A stretch of 64,000 nt of DNA from NCBI GenBank assembly GCA_905178155.1, contig CAJINV010000009.1:2519373-2583372 (forward strand), written 5' to 3'. Origin of the DNA: Amoebophrya sp. A120. Taxonomy: Eukaryota > Protista > Dinoflagellata. This document shows, in pieces, positions 52,201-61,200 of this stretch. The notes beneath the pieces are model-generated. The model searched no databases. It saw nothing but the letters and a program-made list of their open reading frames with translations, and was not told where the DNA came from. The translations under genes and the position numbers were made by a program. How positions within the stretch are numbered: position 1 is the first letter of the stretch; each line of letters begins with the position of its first letter.

Positions 52201-55200
52201 TGTCCCTACACATTTTGTCTCGGGCTATGACCGTCTTGTCTCTTCTCTCTATGATCTCTTTGCACTTTTTCAAGACTATCAGTAACTGCTCGCGTCTGCT
52301 TTTGCTGCTAATATTTTGGGCAAAATTTTTGGGCTGCGATGTGAGTGCAAAAATGTGCTTTAATACTGGTAAATTTCTTCTAAGTTTCCTACTGTACATC
52401 GCGTGACAGAGTAACCCTTGGACCTTTTCCAACTCTTTGTGCGTCGACTCTAATGTCCGCTGGTCTGGATCTCTGATCAAATTTGCTACCCTATCTAAGT
52501 CTGCCGCGATCCGCTTAACTTTTGCTTCTGGTAAGAAGAACTCAATTGAGTCTGTTAGTCTTCTGCATCCTATTCCTAAAATCTCCCCTATGTCTTGGCT
52601 TGGGAGCATTTGCTCGTGCTTCTCTGGTGCTAAGGCGATGCCCCATATTGCTAGCACGCGCCTTATGAAGCGTTCGTATAGCGGTGCTAAAATTCCGTCC
52701 TGATCTGAAAAGTAGATTAAATCATCTACGTACTGGAATACTGGCACTTTCCCTATTTGGTTGAACCATTTTTCCATCCATTGGCTGCAACAGGCGCAGA
52801 AGCCATATATGGAATGAATATTGCCGAAATTCAAACAGCGTAAGAATCCGAATTCCATACGCTGTTTTTCGGGGCAGTATATTTGAAATCCATTTTGTTT
52901 TGGATCTTTAGCTCCATATTGCCAATAGGCACTAGCAAGGTCGTCTTTGCTAAGACAGGGTAAAAAGGATTTGCCTTTGTATTCTTTTTTCTTTCGTGGC
53001 AGCGTGCGGATGTCGCGCCAGGTCATCTTTTTGAGATTGCCTCTGCACCACTTTTTTGCTTTGTCTCTTGCTACTTGTATGCTTCTAAGTACGCCTTTCT
53101 TATTTTCGAAGTATGAGTCTTCGTACTCTGGGTTGCAGCAATACACAATGCCTTGCAAAATTTCGGGCAGGCCGCTGAACGTAAGATGTTCGACTGGTGG
53201 GCTTAAGATTTTACTCCTATATTTCTCATTGCTAATCGGGCGCACTTTACTGCGCTGTCCTGTTTCGTGGCACTTTTTCTGGCCCAGGCCGAAAATGGCC
53301 GCGAACCATGTACCCTGCTCTATTTCCCATTTGGCACAGGACTCACAGAGCATAGACGCTAGTCCTGCGTCCATGAGTTTGCTGTAGCTTTTGTCCGACC
53401 TTTCTGTGACGTCCTCCGTTTCGAAGTGCCACGGGCCATCTCTGATTTGGGCAAACTTATCGAGGCTTAATTTTCGTGCTGGATCGTTTATGTCGAAGTT
53501 TGATAGATTGCTAAGCTCTGACTTTGTCATTTCTTTGCCATTGGGCCAGGCTCCATATTTGGGCAGCTGCCCCTGACTTTCTAAACCACAACTAACATAT
53601 CCTTTTTTCCCGTAAAGCAGCGCCCTGCGGTCCGGGTCCAAATAATTGCACTGCTCCGCTGCGTGAAAGTGCATGAAGGTGTTCATCCTCCTGCGGTGTA
53701 TAAAAATGAATGATGTCGATGGCATGCAACGATCGATACTCAAGAAACAAAGGTGCATCACTCCAAAAAGGATCAAACATAACTAATACTTTGTATTGTA
53801 AATCGTGTCCCATCCTTCGAAGTAGTCATTGATCTTCTTGATATGATCCGGCTTTTCTTTTTCGTACTCCGCTATCGTCGTAGCGTTGTCGCGCTCCACT
53901 TTTAACAAGTCCTCGACTAATTTGTCTAGTCTTTCTGCTTCCCGCTGGAATCTTGTGAGCGGGTCGTAGTCAAGTCGTGCGTTGACCTCAGGTGGTCTAC
54001 CGACATCTTCCAGTCTGGTGTGACTACCGGCATCCTGTCGGTGGCTTTTTTGGGGGTTCGGAGGCTTACTGCACGAGGTTGTATTGCTGCTGCCGCAGCG
54101 AAGATTAAGGAGAGAGTCATCATTTTTCCATGGTCATTGTCCGCTTGCTATGTGGGTTTGAGGAGAGGAAAAAATGGCGCGTTGGCTAGTATGCAGGTCT
54201 GAATACTGGTCCTCTTGTTCCTTGTCATATCATCTAAAATCACTCTCACAACTCTTTGTGTTACAGAATCGATAACACGAACTGTATTTGTGAGGACAAA
54301 GTAGGCAGCCTTGCCTCGGCAACCTTGTCATCAATGGTGCTATGAATCAGGTATGAGTGGTTCCGTCATTCATCTTGTACAGCAGTAAATTTGTGTTTGA
54401 CAGACATGAAAAACGAGCGAGACTGATACTCTCATGAAGAATTCAATGTTTGTGATCGAAACGATTATGCCGTAGCAGCCGCTCCAGCTTCAGCTGTGGC
54501 TGCCTCGGTGTCATTGCTGGTAGTGGTAGCTGTCGAACTTGAAGGGGCGCCCTTCTTTGCCTTCTTGGTTGGCTTGGGGACTGCTTTCACAGTGGGATTT
54601 TCTTTGTAGACTTTGGCTGCTTGCGAGTGCCACTTGTCTTTCCTACACTCACTACCATCCTTATGTTTGCAAGAAATTAGTTCTCCTTGCGCATTTGTGA
54701 TGCCGTATTTTTCGGCCAGCGCCGGGATGCAGCAATTCTGGAAGTTGAACTTGGCCGGGTCTTTGTCGATGACTTCGCAAATACTATTCCGCGTGTGATC
54801 CAAGAACAAGAAGAAACCCTTGTTCTCATCACTGCCCTTGCCTGTGCCTGCTCCTCCTCCTTTTCCTGTTCCTCGGCCTTTGCCTCCTGGAGTGTAACAG
54901 AAAGGAAGATATAGTGACTCACTGGTGCTGCATTTCTCGAGGCAACAACAAAGCTACCTATATTGCATGCATGCATGATGCAAGAAGCTAAAATGTTCTA
55001 AGCTGATACCTCCTTTGTTGTCTCTGCCGCCTCCTCCCTTGTTGTTGTTGTTGTTATTATTGTTCTTTCCCTTCCTGTTTTTCCCTTTGGCGTTCTTGAT
55101 CTTCTCCATGAAGTCCCTGTCTTCTTGATCCTCTTCATTCACGTCCATGTACCACTTTTTCAAGGCGTTTGTGTAGTCTTTTGGCTTGAAGTCGTTTTTG

Positions 55201-58200
55201 TTGAACTTTTCGTCGGTGTGTAGCTTGTCGATTACTACTAAAACTCCCTTCGCTTGCGATAACTTTTCGGCACAAAACTTTTTCCAGATTGCGTCTTCTC
55301 TGATGTTCGACGCTACTAAACCGTACTTGCTTTCTGCACTGTCTGTCCACACCCCCTTCAGCAGTGGCGCTGCAGCTAAGATGGCCGCGTAACTAAACTT
55401 CTCGACCAACAAGAACGCGTTGGCTCTGCTTGAGATCTGCGGGCTCCTGTCGCCGTCACTCCTGTTCGGCGCCCAGTCGTCCTTGACCTGGGAGGGAGAG
55501 AGGAAATAATGTATGCTGCAGGTTTGTGGTGCAGTGCTGTATGTCTGTCATGCTCGTGCTGTGTGCACTTGGCTATTGCTCAATGTATTCTTGACTTAAC
55601 AAAGGGGGTTACCTTTTCTAACATCCTCCTCAGCTCTGTCAGCTCTTGCGGCGATTTTACCCCGATTCTATTGCACAGGTGGGAATCGTCAGCCGCTGCC
55701 CCTCTTGTGATCTGCAGCAGCGTCTTCATTACTCTGTCCTTGTCCACGAAGGATTTTGGCCAATTGAAATTGGCTTTGCTCGGCTCTAGCTTACATCCGT
55801 TCGGGTGATCCTTCAGCATGTCGCGCCATCTCTCTTTTCGCAATCTACCCTGCTGTCCAATTATCGTCACGTCGAAGACAAAATCCTTGGCTTTTTCTCT
55901 TCCGGCTTCAACTACTGTTTTGAAAGGCAACAGCACAGCTTTCGTCGTGCACGCAAAGTGTCTGTCGTTCTGGGGGCGGACTGATAAGAAATTTTTTGAA
56001 GAATGATATCAAAGGGTCTGTATCATTGTTTTCATGACAATGTGCATAACTCATCATCAGAAAAACAGAAGAGAAAGGAAAAGCACGGTCTTCTAGTTCG
56101 CCTTCTTCCATCGCTGCTAAGCCTTTTACTAGCGTGACTTCGACTTCGTGTTTTGCTTGCACAAAGTCAATCGGGTTCAGGTCTCCTTTTGGGTCTAGAG
56201 CCGTGTACTTCCTGACGTTGTGCGGGATCGCATTTTGCTCGTCGAAAGGGACATCGTAAGCGGTCGGGTCTCCTTCCATTATGTAGTGGTATGCGACTTC
56301 CATTTGCTGCTCTGTGACTACTGCTTTTTTGGCGTCCTCTTCTGTTTTGGCGAAAAGTAAATCAAGAGCTGACACCATGGTGTTTTGGTTCTGTGCTTGC
56401 CTTGGGTATGCGTGCTGCTTTTTCTGCTTTTTCCCCAACACCATGTTGCTCGGGTATGTTGCTTTGTTGCTGTCGTCACTGTCGCTGCTATCGCTACTGC
56501 TATCGTTGCCGACAGCTACGCCATTTTTCTTGCTTTTGCTGCTAAACTGACTGAAGAAGTTTTTGTGTGCACTGGAGGAGCTAACTTGTGCTGCTCCTGC
56601 TGCCGAGGAAGCTGCTGCTGTATTCGATGATGACGAGGCTGCTGCTCCGAAACCTAGGAAAGACTGTAAGCTTCCTGCGTTCGTTGGGTTGAGAGGGTGT
56701 GCTGGATTGCTTTGTGGGATGTATTGCTGCTGTGCTTTTTTGCTGTTTGGCTGTAACTTGCTCGCCCAGCTTGCTGTTTCTTGCTTTACCTGGCCCTGCA
56801 AAGACTGGTCGGTGCTATCTGGCTGTGCTAGCTGGAACTTTCTCCTGATGCTACCGGAGAAGTCTAGCTGTAATGCTGATTTCTTCGGGGCTGATATGGA
56901 CTTCGACAAGTCTACTTCGGGCTGCTGTGGTGGTACAAATTTCTTGCTCCATGCTGCTGCGAAGTCGGAGAAAGTCGTGTACGCGATCCCTGCCCATGGC
57001 CAGCTCGGTGCAAGGCCGTTCGCTTTGCTGGTTAGGTCGTGAAAGTCATGGACGTTCCACCCGAGCCGCTTTTTGCCGCCCTCCGACGACAAATCCAGCC
57101 CTGCGATTTTGGTGTGCCCCAGGTTGAGGATTTCTTGTATGGCGTCCGGCAGTAGCTCGGTGAAGCGGTCCCTTCCGTAAATGTCCTTGTCCCTCGCTGC
57201 GCTTTCTGGCGCTGTGACCAGAATCTGCGCTCTCATTGTCCTGATATTTGAAGAGAAGGGGGGAATATTAATGCGTGTCGGCTTCGATAAATGTGCTGTC
57301 ATTAGCTGCTTTGCTAACAAAAATAGGCTGTATGCTAAAAATACCAAATCATCTGCTGAATGAGTCCCATCGTTGATCTGGTATTGACGTGCACAAAAAC
57401 GCCGTTTACGTGCTTCGGGAGTTGTGAGATTTTGCCGTCGCACACTTTGTTCACAAAGAGCGAGAAGATTTTCCTGATGTAGGCTGCTAGCTTCACTCCC
57501 GCGTCACCTACTATTGCGCCGAAGGCTTTTGACGGTGAGGCGTAGTCGATTCCGTTCGCTTTACATGCACCTTCCGCCATGGCTTGGATCATCATTGGTC
57601 CGTTGTCGTGCGCATACAGCGACGTCTTGACCAGTGCTGTGCAGATTATATCCGCCATCGCCTGCAGGTTCTGCAAGTCCAGCTCATCTCCCTCATTGAT
57701 GTTGGCTAGTTTTTCTACTATCAGGCGCTGCACCGACTTATTGTTCGGTAGTATGGAGATCCCATCTGCGTACTGGGCTGGGTCGCTGAGAAAAGCTTCC
57801 CAGGCTTGTCCTGCTTTCTCATTGAAGATGGTCGCGTTCTCCATTGAGGTGAACTGCTTTGGAGGCTCGCACTGCGAGACTGCGTCTGTGATGCGAATCG
57901 TACCAATCTGGAAGTCTTTGTTTGCCTCGGTTGCTGAGGTGTCATCCGCCGGCGTAAGCTGCTGATCTGCTCCCCCAGCTAGCTTTTGTTGCTGCTGGTT
58001 TTTGTCTCCCGACATCTTCGATTTTTCTTTATCCTGTGCAATGTTCTTCTTGGACGACGATGCTCCGGCCGGTGGACCGCTTGGCGGTGCGTCCGGAGCG
58101 CCGCTTCCCGGTTTTTGGTCCGGGCCCTGAGAAGACGACGAAGCTGTCATCCTTCACTTACTAAACTCAAAACAACTACACGTAGGTAACTGCCGCTAAG

Positions 58201-61200
58201 GCTTTTTTCATGGAAAGGGTCACATGGGAGTTCCGGGCACGCACGAAAACGCAACTCAAACTGTGATTTCCGGATCTTACACACTGACACTGATAGCTCT
58301 GTATACGATTGCATGTGCTGTTATGTCTGCCTTGTGTGGTGCCGCACCTTCTACGAACGAACTGTCATCTTGCAACTTCCAAAACCAAGAGAAAACGGTC
58401 TACCATGTCTAGACGCTGTGCCGTAGAGAATTCAACATCAAGCTTGAATGAAACAAGCTGGCAGGCTTACGTAGCCGGTGGTGAGGGCTTTGATTTTTGG
58501 TCCGTAGCAACATGTACATCTACATTAAAAGTTTTTCTTGTTTCAAATCAGCTGCGTTTTTGGAATCGAGTATTCACTTTCCATCTAAAATTTCTTCTGC
58601 CGGTGCTGTCAATTTGTATTTGCACCCTTTTTTCATGGATCCATTCACTACGTATGTCAAGAATTCTTTTTCTGTCGTAGACCAGAAAACATTTCCCGAC
58701 TCGTAATAACGCAATCCTGGCCTCGGGATTTCATGCACCGCCACTGGGGAGGTAGTTGTCCGCAAGAAATTTTGAATCAGCGGGTGTATGTTCTGGATAT
58801 CCTTCAGGGTACGGACCTGGGAAATGTATTTTGGTGGTGTGCAATTTCTTTGCATCGCATGCTGGTGTCCATCATGAGTGTGATGTAAATTTTGGCACTC
58901 ATGCCAGACATGGAAGCTAATATGAACTGTACCTCTATTGTGTCTTGTATCATTTTTCCGAAGAAGGCTCTTTCGACTGTTCCGCTGGCCCGGCAGCATT
59001 GAGATAGTATCGCATGTGCTATCATCGTCGATAAAGCATTTGCTCTTTCGGTTTTTGTCAGTACGTGCTCAGCAGGCTTTCCGAGCGCCGACATGATATC
59101 AAACCTGTATGGTGTGTCGAAGTGTATTTGATGGAAGACAGGTATGCATTACTGAAAGCATCTGCCCACAGAAAAGCATCAGGAACTGTGAAAATCATGT
59201 ATGATTCTATACTTTTCTGGTTTTTTCCGGATCAGACCGAAACCGTATCGCTCTATCGTGTCTTGCTCGCGGTTCGTGCTATCGGATGTTGTGTCGATGA
59301 TATCGCTTTCATCATCGCTGGAGACTGCACTCCCTCGAGCTGTAGGCTGCTCGTCCGCTCTGGAGCTGCAGCTTCCCATTGTAGAATCTTACTGGATGGC
59401 GATGCTTCAACAAAAAATAAAAGAAACGGGGTATTTTATAGGCTGTGTTTAGCTGCTAATCGCTATTTTTAACACATACATGCGGCGTCCACTCTCACAC
59501 ATGTACCTAAGCTGAATTGTATGAAAAATTACTTTCCTCCCTTGCTAGAAGAAGAAGAGGATCCGCCTGAGCTGGACGATTGCGCACCGGGCAGTCCGAA
59601 TGCGTACCGCCCTGCTTTTTCATACTTCTTTTTCATATCTTCGTCCATCGTCTTGGAATACATCTTCGCTAGGTTCAAAACCTTTTCTCCTAATTCTTCT
59701 AATTCTTCGTCTTCGTACGCCACGAAGTACGGTTCTTTGGAGAGATGGGTAGTCAATTGGGATGCTAATTCCGTAGTCGTGGTTCCAGTGGCCTGTCCTC
59801 CCATGACCGGGACGAACCCGGAGGTAGTAATGCCATCGGTCCTACGCTTGGTGCACACATACTTGAAGTGCTTAAGTTCCTGGGACATTTGCAATTCTGG
59901 TAGAGCAAGCTTTCCTCGCAAAAAATAAATCTTCGCTGCACACTCGGCACAAAAAGTCATCCAGTTCGGGAAAACAGTTTGCACCATGGCGGGGTTTAAG
60001 TCCACCCACAACTCATCAATCAACTCACTATAAGCCGCGACCTTGGCGCTGAGCGCCGGGATCACTGTGGTGATAGCGAACTGCGCCAAGGATCTGTACA
60101 CATGCAGCAGTTTCTGGCTCTGTCCTTCGGACAGAATCGGAACACGAGTTCCGTCGGTGCCTAAGTGGGAGTTGTGCTTAGAAGTAAGATCATTCATGAA
60201 GATCCCGGCTGCATTAGATCCTAAATCATCTTTGCCACCATTTTTGACCAGGTCCTCAAGCAGGCTCAGGATGCTAGCCCCCTGCTTCCCCACTAAATCA
60301 GCTAAGTTGTCACATTTCCCGACACGCATCGCTTCGCAATTCTTGATAGAAACGTCGTGGCTGATGCCACTCATTTTCCAATCTTGCTTTTGTCAAAGTG
60401 AAACTCGATAACGGCTGAAATGTTAATAAACAAAAACTTACTGCTAGTTGCTGCTAAACTTGCTGTTCTTTCTTATGCTAAGACTAGTTTCTTCGTTAGA
60501 TTTGAGTATCTACGTGGACGCCGCTTCTGTGCTAGGAGGAATCAATCGCTGACTGTTTTTGGGAAATTGCATTTAGTCTGTATCTGACTCAACATCCGCA
60601 TCAATGCTATACTCATCCGCTAGCTGTCCGTCCGGTTTTTCGATTTTTTCCTTTTTGATCCTGGTGTGTAATTCGGAGATTCTCACCCGTGTTCTGAAAG
60701 CTAAATTTGATCTGCCATGACAATAGAAAGTGCACGGCGGGGGTGGGCTGATGTCGTAGTTGAAACTTCTTATGCACGCTTCGTGCATCTGGTGCTGCTC
60801 TACGAAGTGCCTGTTGAAGATCTGTCGTGCTCGTTGCGAGCCGGAGAAGGCATACAAATCCGCCCAGGTGATTGCTCTTTGATCGCAGATGGATGTTTCT
60901 AGCTCTATGTTGTACAGAGATTCTATATCCTCTTCTAACTCTTTGCACAAGCGGTCACTGTGCATGAAAAGTTTGTATCTTGTGTAGTTCCGCTCCGTTT
61001 GGAACTTTGCCTCGTAGGCTTTCAGTCTGTCTCGTTCTCGGGTGAAAGTCAACTTTTGCATCCACAGGATTCCCACTGGGCAGACCATCTTGGGTAGCAC
61101 GAACATCTGCTCCGCTAAACCGTATCTCGCGCTGTACTGCGTGCGCAGGATCACTTCCACTTCGAAGAAAGCCTCTGGCAGACCTGATGAGTCGTTGGCC

